A stretch of DNA of 63,782 nt, filler included, from Asterionella formosa (lineage: Eukaryota): the NCBI GenBank assembly GCA_002256025.1. It is 19 parts of 19 records of this genome, joined end to end, with 100 filler letters (N's around TTAATTAATTAA, not from the genome) between each part and the next. Parts side by side here need not be neighbours in the genome. Positions count along the whole stretch, not along the records: positions 1 to 3,274 come from NKIB01014301.1; positions 3,375 to 6,646 come from NKIB01014302.1; positions 6,747 to 10,018 come from NKIB01014303.1; positions 10,119 to 13,389 come from NKIB01014305.1; 15 more parts are not named here. One strand, 5' to 3'. Below, piece after piece: positions 1 through 11,809 of this stretch. How positions within the stretch are numbered: position 1 is the first letter of the stretch; the number at the start of each line of letters is the position of its first letter. The position numbers were made by a program, and so were the translations under genes. The notes beneath the pieces were generated by a model. The model ran no database searches, was not told the origin of the DNA, and saw only the letters and a list, made by a program, of their open reading frames with translations.

Positions 1-1054
1 CCAGCTGCCTCTTCAATGGAACAAATTTCTCCTCCCATTCAGATGAATTACCTAAGTAAGAAGCTTTGGAACTGCTGATAGTGTATTTCTTGTAACACAG
101 ATGCTATTATCTTTGTCTATCTTTGCCCTTTGTTTGATACTACTCATTTTGGAATATGCTCACCTTTTTGCCTCTAGAAATAATGACCTCGTTTGGTTCT
201 AAAGATTGGTTTGGAAACACCTTATTTAAATAGCTTATCAATCTAATAGTATCGAATTTGTATTATCATCGTAATATTCTTACTTTTCATGAAGATATTC
301 CCTAAATCGACCAACTAGCAACCAAGAACCATTTATGGCAGGGTTACTGACAGTGGCCATAACTGATACTGCTATAATTTTTTGAACATCATGTGAAAAG
401 TGATTCCCCAAAAGCATTCCACTCATGATATAATGAACAATTCTAAAAACCTCTCGGGGAATCACTTTTGCACACGAAACGACGGAGATCTTGAGTAACA
501 TGGTGAGCTGATTGAAGCAAACAAAATCATGGCGTGATGTTTAGTGCCGCACCTTCAAGGATAATATTTTGTACAGATCTACGTGGGCTACTATCATTCT
601 TTTTGGATGCATTCTTCACAACATCAGCCGTCACAAAACGCATCCTCCAGCATCATCCTCATGACGATAACCACAAAAGGTCCTGACTAGTTCGACTAGA
701 ATCAATGTTTGCTGCTACGACTAGTAGGGAGTGCGTTGTTGTTTCATGCATACTAGCTAATGTCACATTTTACCTACCAGTATGTGTGTACTGGTGCGTA
801 CCTGGTACCTGGTAGTCGTTGAGTGCTCCTGTGCATATTCTTGCTTGTTTTTTCTGCCTCATGCACAGTACCAAATACCTGATAATCAGCATGCATATAA
901 TATATGATCGTCATCAGAACTTTGCTTTGCTTGTTGACTCGCTTTTTGTTGTAAAATGCATTATTACATACACACACATGAATATTTTATTCGTTTTCGT
1001 ACTTGACTCTCCTATCGTCGTCGCTCCTCTAGCTGTGTAGTTGACTAATCTACA

Positions 1055-1666
1055 ATGACAGTCCGACCCCGCCGTGGCGGCCCTTCATCTCGTTCATCCA
1101 GTGAGGATACATCGCCTTCGTCATTCTCATCATCATTGTGGGTAACAGCAGCTCATCATCATGCTCATTCTCAAGCTCATCCTACTACTACTACTACTAC
1201 CAATGGCGGGAGTATTTCACTATTTGTGGATGACTTGACAGAGTCAATGTCATATGCTACTAATAATAAGTATGTAAATGAAGATACAGAAGTATCAAGT
1301 TGGCATGAAGAAGCTCATTGGATGTCATTTCGATTAGCTTTACAACAATTTGCTTCACTGAAATTAATCCTTTCAACAACAACAGATGATCCGAGTGTTG
1401 CTTATATTGCTACTAAAAATGATAATGATGATGATGATGATCATACCATTCAAGAGCAAGACATTAATTTTAGTAACAATAACGACGAAAGAAATATGGG
1501 TGTTTCTTCCACCAGAAAGAAGAGTGATTCGATCTTGTCAGATTTGGCAGAAACAAAAATGAGATTAGCACTAGCACAGGCAGAACGGGATGAGCTTGAG
1601 TTTACACTAATGCAACAACAATCACCAAAAGCAACCAACAACCATCTCAACACTGTGAGGCTATAA
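1055..1666 (+). CDS. Hypothetical 203-aa low-complexity protein with a C-terminal coiled coil
   Basis: Single open ORF with a caATG start, Ser/Thr/Asp/Asn runs and a helical tail LAETKMRLALAQAERDELEF. No family recognised. Confidence 0.55.
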   Translation: MTVRPRRGGPSSRSSSEDTSPSSFSSSLWVTAAHHHAHSQAHPTTTTTTNGGSISLFVDDLTESMSYATNNKYVNEDTEVSSWHEEAHWMSFRLALQQFASLKLILSTTTDDPSVAYIATKNDNDDDDDHTIQEQDINFSNNNDERNMGVSSTRKKSDSILSDLAETKMRLALAQAERDELEFTLMQQQSPKATNNHLNTVRL

Positions 1667-3274
1667 AGTGATGTATATATATTATGCAGGAAAGAGTGAT
1701 AGTCTCCATATAGCAAAATATAGTTGATTTATGAATAATAATTCATGTAGTCTTCTGCTGGTACATCAATATGATAACATGACAAGTAAAAAGACAGCAG
1801 CTTTGATTGTTCATATAAACCGGTAGTTGCTGTAAAAATGATAAAATACTCCATGTTGCAGAGCCTCAAATATTGGCGGTGCTTATTGGGGTGCACGGGG
1901 CCCAGAGGGCCAGGCTTGTGCTATGGGAGGCAGGCAAGGAGTCCATGCAGTGGATATTTGAGTGTGTTATGTGAATGAAATGCTGCAGTCAAAATGAATC
2001 TATTGCAGAAGGAATGCATGGTGGAAGCTTGTTGAAGGCATCATATTGGATTTGCCAGCAGCCTGGTCAAAAGGATGGAAGTGACACTGGCATAGAAGCA
2101 TGACATTGCTTGCTTGAAAGGTGGTTGTGGTATTCTTGACAGTACTTGCAACAACGGGTCTTCCTGTAAACAATGGGATAATAAGAGGGAAAGGTCTGTG
2201 GGGGGGGACTACTAGGCAGGCTCCTATTTGTAGGGTGAGAGAGGGCAAGGTCTAATGGAGGGGGAGTACTAGGCAGTCTCCAAATTGAAGAAAATGCTGT
2301 GGGAAGGTTGCATAGTATTTTTCTTGTGCGCATGGGATTTTCTGTGGAGGGACCATCAAGACTGGCAGAGTTACAAGTAGGGATCAGGAAGGGGAGAGGA
2401 AGAGTTGGCATTGGGAACAAAGGTTGAGTTGTGTCAAGCAAAATTAGACATTGTGAATGAGGAGGTGTCAGCAGTAGTGCTACGGTATGCCAATGGAGGG
2501 TTAGTAGACTACTAGGAAATAAATGGTTGATTGGATTGTAACTCGGAAAGCTCAATGTTGTAATGTTGAATCTTTATCAACTTCGATGTATATCTAGTAA
2601 ACATTAGATGTTCAAGCAAGCAATGTTACCATGATTGTTACAGACAAAGAAGTACTCATGATACCACCTAAAACAGTTTGATGCTTCATCTCAATTGTTA
2701 AGATTTCACATCAGATTGTTATTATTTTTTATTTCATGTACAACCACAATGATGCTAGTTGCTTCATCATGAATTTTGTTACTGGTGCATGAGCAATGAG
2801 CACTGTGATTTATGGCTGCAAGCGATACTGCCGTGTAAAACGGTATTGCTGCATACTAGAGTACTAGACATCAGTTTTCGTGGTGGATTTCCTTCCGCCT
2901 CGCCTGCCATTTGTTTGATATATATATATTCCGATACGGATATTTTTATGTTAAATATCATACCGGTAGCCGGAATGACACGCGCACCGTCATGTTTTGC
3001 TTTTCTGCAGCACCAGCTGAGGACGATGCTGGAATCTTTCATTTTGAATTATCCTTACTAGGTAGCTTGATCCACCTTCTCCAACAAAATTAGAAAACTA
3101 CCGGTACTGCCTCATTGGTATACATGCATGTATCATTGATAACAAGCAAACACAACTCTCCATGAAGAAGATCCTAGTTACAGTAGTTTTAACTTTCATC
3201 ATGATGCGACGATTTTGTTGTCCATTCACATTTTCAGTTTTGAACAAGAATGTTAAAAGCAACTACAACAAGAA

Positions 3275-3374
3275 NNNNNNNNNNNNNNNNNNNNNNNNNN
3301 NNNNNNNNNNNNNNNNNNTTAATTAATTAANNNNNNNNNNNNNNNNNNNNNNNNNNNNNNNNNNNNNNNNNNNN
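3275..3374. other. Artificial contig-joining linker N44-TTAATTAATTAA-N44 (first of 18)
   Basis: The identical 100-nt spacer, with stops in all frames, also lies at 6647, 10019, 13390, 16759, 20128, 23495, 26862, 30228, 33593, 36956, 40314, 43670, 47026, 50380, 53734, 57086 and 60435. Contig lengths step down from 3274 to 3248 and never increase. Confidence 0.98.
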
Positions 3375-3561
3375 CCGTGTCCTTGAGTTCAACTGCTAAC
3401 GCTGGCTTCGATTCTTGGTACTCGATCAAAACTTTCGCCTTTTTCGTCGCTGGTTCATGACCAGTCGGATGGCTAGTAAAGGCTCCTGGTGGAATAGGTA
3501 AATCGTCTTCACTGCTATCAATGACGATCGTGATACACCCTTCTTGGCCCTCTTGATTCAT
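3375..3561 (-). CDS. Possible N-terminus of a hypothetical protein, truncated by contig end
   Basis: ATG preceded by an A-run; open to the linker; protein-like composition (PATKKAK basic patch). Confidence 0.3.
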
Positions 3562-4823
3562 TTTTACGGACTTAGATTTATTTGACTGCTAGGTAATATT
3601 TTGGTCTGACCGTTGGGAACCTGGAAATTCCAAGCAGAAAAGGGTCAGAGTTGATAATTATTATTTTCTCGTTCTTGCTTGTTTCAATTACGGCTGCTTG
3701 GCAACTTATTCTTTCAAACACAGGAGAGTGCTTTTCACTCGGAAATAAAGAAGCGAGCTCAAGTTTCTTAGTTAATCAATGTCGAGCTTGGCATTGGTCG
3801 AAAGCATGAATTATAGTATTTTTTGTAACAAATTGTTGCTGCTGTTCGCTTTGAGATCCGTTGTTGCGCAGACAGATTGGTACTCCATCAGACAAACAAA
3901 CAAGATTACATCTAAGTAATACATAAAATATATCATCATTAATTATCACCTTTTGCATACTGTGCTACATGGAGACAAACATACATGAGCCCTCTTGGGG
4001 AATTTTTTAGAAAGAATTTTTCATTTTTCTTGCATGACTTCGACACTTTATGAAATGCTTAAATTTGAGCAGGGTGATTTTCAAAAAGGGCACTTTTGAT
4101 AAACAAGGGATCAAGAGCAAGTTTGTAGACAATGCTGAGCATGAGGAGATATCCAAAAAACTAGCCAGCAGAGCATTTCCTCATCATTAAACATATCTGA
4201 ATCCATGCATTGAGCCTGTAACTCGCACCCAGAGTAGCTAGCCATAAAAGTCCCTTTCAATATGATTAGTGTGTTCAGACAGATGGCATTTATCACATTG
4301 TTGAATTCAAACATAATGTTGTAGTGGTATTGCTGATAATTTCAAACATGAAGAAGCAACAACAAAGCTCATTGCAATATTAAGACTACTAATTGTACCC
4401 AGTTGGGCATGATACTCAACTAGTTGACAGATTCATCCTGGTAACTAGCCTCCTAGTACCGGTGCATAGACTAGTCTATCCTTGCGTAAGAAAAATATAT
4501 CATATGACATGTATATGCAATGTTAAGGACAGGAAAGTCTGTGACAACCATTATTGACTTGCAAAAACTAGTTCTAGCTTTATTGTTGAACCTTGTCAAC
4601 TCTCAACGAGGACTAGTTGATTTCAGCAAAAAGCAAAAACCTTGCAAAGCACGGAGTAATTACTTTTAGTAATTAGCAATTAACTCGTTTCTAAGACCTC
4701 GTGATTACATATGGCTTTTCATAGCATGGCCTGCTGCCAACAAGACTTGTGCCTCCCAAGTTTTGTTATCATAGGTGAGTCCCCAACCATCTTTCGCAAA
4801 AGGTGATTGGTATGGCCGCAACA

Positions 4824-5020
4824 TTAGGGGAAACTCCGACCGCCTAGCAAGGCGGCACATACTGCTTGTGGGGGGAAACCCACTTTTCCTGCCAAGACTG
4901 CGCAGGATTATGAGAAGTGTGGGAGTCGAACCCAACAATTGCTTCTCGAAAAAATCGCAAGCAACAAGCCACACAACTTCAGATCAAAGGTAGCATGCTC
5001 AACCAGCTAAGCCATTCTCC
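4824..5020 (-). mobile_element. tRNA-headed SINE-like repeat, family A, copy 1
   Basis: Minus strand begins GGAGAATGGCTTAGCTGG (A box) and has GGGTTCGACTCCC (B box). The 4824-4939 segment is homologous to 39523-39654 on another contig. The true 3' end is not defined. Confidence 0.6.
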
Positions 5021-5494
5021 TACTAAGTGTAATACTACATGGTCTTATAGACTTCACACCACTGTAGTAGTAGTAGTCAAATATAACTAGTTTCAAAATA
5101 TCATTTGCTCATTTCACACTAGTACTTATGTAATAAAATTATTTATAAAGCATATTAAGACTACTCTAAGTTTGTTGGGGAACCCATTTAGCACTTGTGT
5201 TTCATACTTCTCAAATGACATCATTGCAATCATCAATTTGATTTGAAATCAAATAAGTTCTTGGTAGGAAGCGGCAACGACAATAGGAGTAGAAGTACAC
5301 AGCTCAGTATGATAGCTTTCAAAGAATTAATGTGCAAGTTTGATGGCATAATTGGGTTTGAACTGCTGATTCAATGCACGATGAGATAATGAGCATGCCT
5401 TTGTTCTTGAAAATCAATTTCAACAGCAATATCACATCATGCTAGTAGACTGTACTGGTACCAGTACATGACCACTGGTAAATGTACAGAGGCA

Positions 5495-5734
5495 GGGGAA
5501 TGGCTTAGTGGTTAGTAGCACACACCTCATGAGGTGTGGTGGGTTTGATTCCTGCATTCTCCACCTGTCATTATTTTATGCAGTCCCTAGGGTTCTAGGG
5601 TGTGTGGCTGACAACAAAACAGGTCTTGTTGGAACATATGGATGAATAAAACTGGCACTAATTGTGTCCATTCATGTGGGCACAAGTGCGATTATTGGAT
5701 AGCTAACATACTATAAGATTTAATTGACTATTAT
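5495..5734 (+). mobile_element. tRNA-derived SINE, family B, copy 1, with target-site duplication
   Basis: Head GGGGAATGGCTTAGTGG (A box) ... GGTTTGATTCCTGCATTCTCC (B box and acceptor-like end), then an AT-rich tail. Flanked by an 18/19-nt direct repeat, TGGTAWATGTACAGAGGCA, at 5476-5494 and 5735-5753. Homologues at 42389-42626 and 62023-62223. Confidence 0.8.
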
Positions 5735-6375
5735 TGGTATATGTACAGAGGCATGAAGAAGCAATATTTGATATTTTTCGTTTTTGATGCTGTATCGAAC
5801 ATATTGGTAACATGCAACCATACAAGTATGTGAATAGGACACCTGGCTCACTATTATGAGAGCGAATTGCAAGGACTCAAACCTAAAAGCGATTGCTCAC
5901 ACTTAATAGGAGTATGTATAGTGAAGGGCAAATGTGCGTACAACCAAAAGCTCAGAGCAACAACAATGAGCAAAGAGAGAATAATTTTGCAAAGAAAATT
6001 CTCTGGTCACAAGACTGAAAAAACGTCAAATTGCAATTTACAGTTGTAATTGGTTTTCAATCAAATGATCAGCCATACATAGCAATTTTTTATGTTGCGA
6101 CGCTCGCCGGCTCAGTCGTGGCTTCGAAGCGCCGTATTAAACGATGGTGCAGTATTATCTTAGCCTTGCTTGGCGTAGGGGACTGTCACCTCTTTAGTGC
6201 AATGACGATTCTCATTTTGTCAGTATTGCCGACTGCCTACCGCTTCCTCCCTTTCTTGTGAAGCGGGAATAGCGTCATTGTTGCTATGCATTCACCACAC
6301 CCACGAATTGAAATCTTGTCATAAGGACACGATCAAAGTGACGCCAATTGTGTCAAGTGGGTCATATCATCAAAA

Positions 6376-6646
6376 ATGGAGGATCCGAAAATTCCTTGGA
6401 CTATCGCTGATCTTTCTTCCATTCCCTCTGCCAAGATGGGTGTTGTGTACCACGTCATGGGGACCCCATTCGACCTGTTTAATCCTACAGGAGCTGTTAT
6501 TGGCGGGTTACTGAGTTTCACAAGCTTTGGTAAGCGCGTTGGTGCAATTCCCATGATTGCCAATGGTGGTCTTTTGGCAGGTGGTGCAGGGATGTCACTT
6601 GGTTTGATGGCACTATATGGCGTGAGTCAAAAAGGCGAGCAAGCTT
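6376..6646 (+). CDS. Hypothetical Gly-rich membrane protein, N-terminal part
   Basis: aaaaATG start; open to the linker; two hydrophobic segments rich in GxxxG motifs. Confidence 0.5.
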
Positions 6647-6746
6647 NNNNNNNNNNNNNNNNNNNNNNNNNNNNNNNNNNNNNNNNNNNNTTAATTAATT
6701 AANNNNNNNNNNNNNNNNNNNNNNNNNNNNNNNNNNNNNNNNNNNN

Positions 6747-6979
6747 TGATTCTGACAAGAATAGAAATAGTGGGTGCGTCTGTGTGGTTCTGTTGGTAAA
6801 GGACTAGACCACCTAATTAAACAGAGACATTGCAGTATAGAATAGTGAGCAGGAGGAATGAGCACACTGCTGGCAACAACCTGAACAGATTGGTACATGG
6901 GGCAAATGGATGTACACCTGAACAGTTTCAGTTGAAGTGCTCGCATACCTTTGGAAATGATGGTCAAAGAGTCCAACAT
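6747..6979 (-). CDS. SRPRA: Signal recognition particle receptor alpha subunit, first two exons (partial)
   Basis: Exon 6979-6949, GT-AG intron 6948-6813, exon 6812-6747. The spliced product MLDSLTIISKGGLVLYQQ resembles the conserved SR-alpha start MLDxFxIFSKGGxVLW. The six-frame track misses this splice. Confidence 0.7.
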
Positions 6980-7771
6980 GGCGTGGCTTTCTCTACAAGC
7001 TGGGAAAGACACAGAGAGAGAGAGAACTGGTGAAGCTTCGCTGCTTCCTTGAATACCGTCGGTAGGATAGAGTGACCTTCTCGATATCGGGGCAGGTATG
7101 ATTCAATTATTTTCTTTTATCATTTGTTTTGTAAATAGGAATAGCATTGGATTTGGGTGTGGATGTGGATGTGGATGTGGATGTGCAGGAGCGATGATTT
7201 TTGTTTTGGGAAGGAAAAGCACAGACAAAGGAACGAAAGGAATCTTGCCACAGAATCACGACTTGTCATGCATCACATGTAGTATGATCATTGCTGCCTG
7301 CTTCTGCCAAAAGGAGCTCGTAGCAACGATCGAGACATGCATGTGAGGAAGAACTAAGAATGTGTCGTTGCTACAGATGTGTTACCAGGACTGCGTACTA
7401 AAAATGAATCAAGCAGAATGCATGAGTCGTGTTCCACATAACAAGCAAGCTTGCTTGTACTGGGGGAGGATTTGAGACGAAATGAAAATTAAAGCGAATA
7501 CATTTATGTATCATTTTGCATCATTCAACTTCAGTAAACCAATTGTTCTTAATCGCAAACAAAACACAAATTTGATTTTTGAGTCGTCGCTCAAGCATAG
7601 CAATCCTTCTTGATTCATTGCGGTAAGGGTATACTTTACAGTATCAATGCTATGTGGGATGATGTTTTTCACTGATTTGACTGTCAACCATCTCGCTGCA
7701 GCCAATAGCTACCACTGCCAAGCAGCTCTCTAACAACAAGTACTCTGCCAGTATTAGTGTAGCACTACACA

Positions 7772-10018
7772 ATGTTTTTAATAGGAACTATTCCACAGTC
7801 TCCTTCAGCTGAACAGATTCTTTCTGAGATGCGAGATCATCCCACATGTGCTAATGCTCAAAAAAGGGGTTGTGATGCACTTGACCGTGCCTCTTCTCAT
7901 GACAACTTTCGTGACAAAGTTGCTGAATTAGGAGGTATCGCTACAATTCTTTCTGCCATGCAAGAGCATTCCGCTAATGCTAATGTTCAATTAAGCTGTT
8001 GTCAAGTACTTTGGAACTTGTCTTTGAATGACAATAACAAGGTGGCTATTGCTGAAGCAGGTGCTATTGCTACAATTCTTTCTGCCATGCAAGAGCATTC
8101 CGCTAATGCTAATGTTCAATTAAGCTGCTGTCAAGTACTTTGGAACTTGTCTTTGAATGACAATAACAAGGTGGCTATTGCTGAAGCAGGTGCTATTGCT
8201 ACAATTCATTCTATCATGCGAGGAGTGCATTACGCAAATGCTAATGTTCAAAAATGGTGTTGTCAAGTACTTTGGAACTTGTCTTTGAATGACAATAACA
8301 AGGTGGCTATTGCTGAAGCAGAAGGTATTGCTAGGATTCTTTCTGCAATGCAAGTGCATTCGTTGAATGCTGCTATTCAAGAAATGGGTTGTAAATTACT
8401 TTGGAACTTATCTCGAATTGACTACATCAGAGTGGCTGTTGATAGAGCAGGATGTATTTCTACAATTCTTTTTGCCATGCGAGAGCATTTTACAAATGCT
8501 GTCATTCAAGAATGGGGATGTGAAGTACTAACGATCTGTTCTCATAACGGAAATTTTTGTGAGGATATTGCTAAAATGAAAGGCATTGCTGCAATTCTTT
8601 TTGCCATGCAAGAGCATTCTGCTAGTGCTAATGTTCAACTAAGCTGTTGTAAAGTACTCAAGATCTGTTCTCGTAATGACAAAGTCATGGTGGCTATTTC
8701 AGAAACAGGAGGTCTTTCTAAAGTTCTTTCTGCAATGCGAGAGCATTCCGCAAATGCTGCCATTCAAGAAATGTGTTGTAAAATACTTGACAACTGTTCT
8801 CGTAATGAAAACTTCACGATGGCTATTACTGAAGCAGGAGGTATTGCAACAATTTTTTCAGTAATGCATGAGCATTCCGCAAATGCTAACATTCAACTTA
8901 GCTCTTGTCAAGTACTTGAGATCTGTTATCTTAATGACAGCGTCAGTGTGGCTATTACTGAAGCAGGAGGAATTGCTGCAATTCTCTCTGCCATGCGAGA
9001 GCATTCCGCAAATGAGTATGTTCAACAAAGGTGTTGTGATGTACTTTCGCAAGTGTCTCTTAATGACAACGTCGCTGTAGCTTTTACTGAAGCAGGAGGT
9101 ATTGGTACGATTCTTTCTGTAATGAATAACCATTCCAAAAAATATGTTAGTGCTCAACAAAGCTGTTGTCAAGTACTAAAGATATGGTCTCTGAATGAAA
9201 ACTTCAGGTTGGCGTTTGCTGAAGCAGGAGGTATTGCTGCAATTGTTTCTGTAATGAATGAGCATTCCTCAAATGCAAACATTCAAGAAAAGGGGTGTGC
9301 ATCACTGTGGATCTTGGCTGCTAATGACAATGCATTTGTTGCTATTGCTGAAGCAGGTGGTATTAATAGGATCCTTTCTTCCATGGTATTGCATTCGAAA
9401 AATGCTGCCATTCAAGAACATGGTCTCAGAGTACTTCAGAACTTGGCTGCTAATGACAACAACCAGTTGTTCATTGCTGCAGCAGGAGGTATTTCTAGGA
9501 TTATTGCTGCAATGGGGGGAGATTTCTTTAATGCCACCATTCAAGAGCAGGGTTGTGCAGCACTTTGGAACTTGTCTTGTAATGACAATAACATGGTGGC
9601 TATTGCTAAGGCAGGAGGTATTGCTAGGATTCTTTCTGCAATGCGAGTGCATGCAATAAATGCTGCTGTTCAAGCAATGGGTTGTGGAGCACTTTGGACC
9701 TTGGCTTCTAATGACGACAACTGGGTAGCTATTGTTAACGGAGATGGCGTTCATACGATTTGTGATGCAATGCAAATGCATTCATCAAATGATTGTGTGC
9801 AACGTTTGGGTTGCGCAGTACTTGCCAACTTGGCTTATACTGATGACCATAACATTGTGGCTATTGCTAGGGCAGATGTTATTGCTGCAATTCTTACTGC
9901 AATGCAAATGCATTCCTCAGCTGCTAATGTTCAAGAACAGGGTTGTAGAGCACTTTCAAATTTGGCTGCTAATGCCAGGACACGGGAGATTATTTCTGAA
10001 TTAGGAGGTATTTCTATG
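7772..10018 (+). CDS. Armadillo (ARM)-repeat protein, aardvark-like, about 17 repeats, 3' truncated
   Basis: About 749 codons open to the linker. Recurring ~43-aa unit AGGIAxILSAMxxHSxNAxVQxxGCxxLWNLSxNDxN. Confidence 0.9.
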
Positions 10019-10244
10019 NNNNNNNNNNNNNNNNNNNNNNNNNNNNNNNNNNNNNNNNNNNNTTAATTAATTAANNNNNNNNNNNNNNNNNNNNNNNNNN
10101 NNNNNNNNNNNNNNNNNNTCATACCCTTAAATTATGTACGTAGCTAAATTCGTCATATTGGGCCACCCAAATAATTAATTTGGGTGATCATATTTGACTA
10201 GCGTTTTTTTTGTGGCGGCTGTACCAGTAATCGGCGTTGTAGAT

Positions 10245-11809
10245 GTATGCAGTACTAACACCCCCCTTAAGTGTGGAAGTTCCCGCTGGGTGGGACAACA
10301 GGAAGTGAGCATCGTCTTTGTGTTCTTTGGTGAACAGGTCGGCGACATTAGAGGTGCCCGGGAGATGGGTAACGAGAATTTCAGAGGAGCATTGAGCATC
10401 CCGGACAGCCATATTGCGGATATTGATGTGGCGCATTTTCTTGTTAGCGCAGTTATGGGACCACTCGCTCGACGGCACCTTTATTGTCATTCCATAAGGG
10501 GGTAGGATGATTAACATCAGGCATGTGGAGGTCGGTCAGAAGATGTCGGAGAAATTGAGTCATCTTGGTGCCCTCATCAGCGGATTTAATTTCGGATTCA
10601 CAAGTACTTCGGCTGACACGGGGCTCGCGGAGGACATACCAGGCTAGGGGGCCGCCGGTGCGGGTACTGATTGAGCCAAGGAGGGAGCAGCATTCAAGGA
10701 TGGAGATGGAATCAGAGGGGTTGGGTTTGGAGGCATCTTGGGGGATCCAGTTGGCATCGGTGTAGGTGTTAAGGAGGGGGTCCGCAGTGGGCCAGCCAAA
10801 GGTGGTAGAAAAGTAAGCAGAGGCAGACTGGGAGGTAAAGGCCAAGCCATGAGTGAGCGTACCGGCAAGGTATCATAAAACATATTTAGCGCCAAGGAGG
10901 TGAGCTGGGGTGGCAGTAGTATTGTACTGGGATAGAAGGGTGACAGAGACGGATAGGTCAGGGCGGGTACTCACAGCCATCCAGTTGAGGGCCCCAATGA
11001 GGGACTGGTACTGGTTGACAATGGCAGTCTGAGCAGCAGTGGAAAGGGTATCCCCATCAGGAACAATGCGGTCATAGACGAGGCCGGAACGGTAGGGAGT
11101 AGAGGCGGTGCGGCAACCAAGCATATCGAAATGCTCGAGGAGGATACAGAGACGAGGTATGCCTCCTGCGAAAGATGGACTGTGAGGTGATTGTGGGGAG
11201 TGGGATGGCAGACAAATGAAATTCCAAGGAACCAGGAAAGAGGGCCAAGAAAATCGACGCGAAGTGGATCACTTGGAGTGATAGTGTAGGAAGGATAGGG
11301 ACTCATGGTATGTGGTGCTGAATGGTGCAGAGGAGGCGCAGAACGATGGGAGGAGGATGCAATGAATTCTGGTGATGTGGAGAAGTAAACCGGGAAGTCG
11401 GGGGCCAAGGGAATGGAATAACCAGTGGGGACCGATGAAGCAGAAGGGCGCCAGTGGGCAGCAGAGATAGCGGTGGGATGTGGATGGGCGACACCCCCAT
11501 GATGCTGCGGTGGCGCAGTAGGCCACAAGGGCGTGGTTTCACCAATAAATGTGGCAGGAAGAGGGGCAAGATTGGTGTCGGTTGGCAATGGAGATTGCAT
11601 TGCTCTCCCAGGGATCAAGAGGGATCAATAACCTGTGGAGGAGCGATGGGAGACGAGTGCGTGCAATCGGGTCGAGGACAACGTAATTACAAGTAACTGA
11701 GGATTTAATTATATTATCTATTTCTGTTGTGTATCGGATATACCGGGATCTGCGCACTTACGTGGATATTAGTAGAGTATACTGAAGTAACTGGTATGCA
11801 GTACTAACA
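10245..11809 (-). mobile_element. Internally deleted Ty1/Copia LTR retrotransposon (RT C-terminus and RNase H, pseudogenised)
   Basis: Motifs LGPLSWFLGI, LSQEAY, YQSLIGALNW-TRPDLS, YTDANW, SRSTCESEI, WNDNKGA, KMRHINIR, NVADLFTK. A PPT (AAGGGGGG) precedes TGTTAGTACTGCATAC at 10260. The same 16-mer starts a putative TG...CA 5' LTR at 11809-11634. Confidence 0.88.

Noticed and set aside
799..814. Bacterial Dcm (CCWGG) or restriction-site explanation for the palindromes
   Set aside because: It does not explain the obligatory TA flanks, the CCGG, CTGG, CCAG and CCATGG variants, or the insertion polymorphisms between paralogues.
1850..2560. Pro-rich minus-strand ORFs, possibly decayed retroelement gag
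   Set aside because: CpG-poor and TE-like, but I found no diagnostic motif.
5495..5563. Functional tRNA gene (also 4912-5020, 42563-42626)
   Set aside because: The anticodon arms are not conserved between copies, the B box is altered in family B, and the heads are fused to a shared non-tRNA body with a TSD. This fits SINE heads.
8120..10004. Alternative-frame and antisense ORFs within the ARM gene (likewise within the NSDHL-like gene and the TEs)
   Set aside because: Shadow ORFs of repetitive or GC-richer coding sequence.
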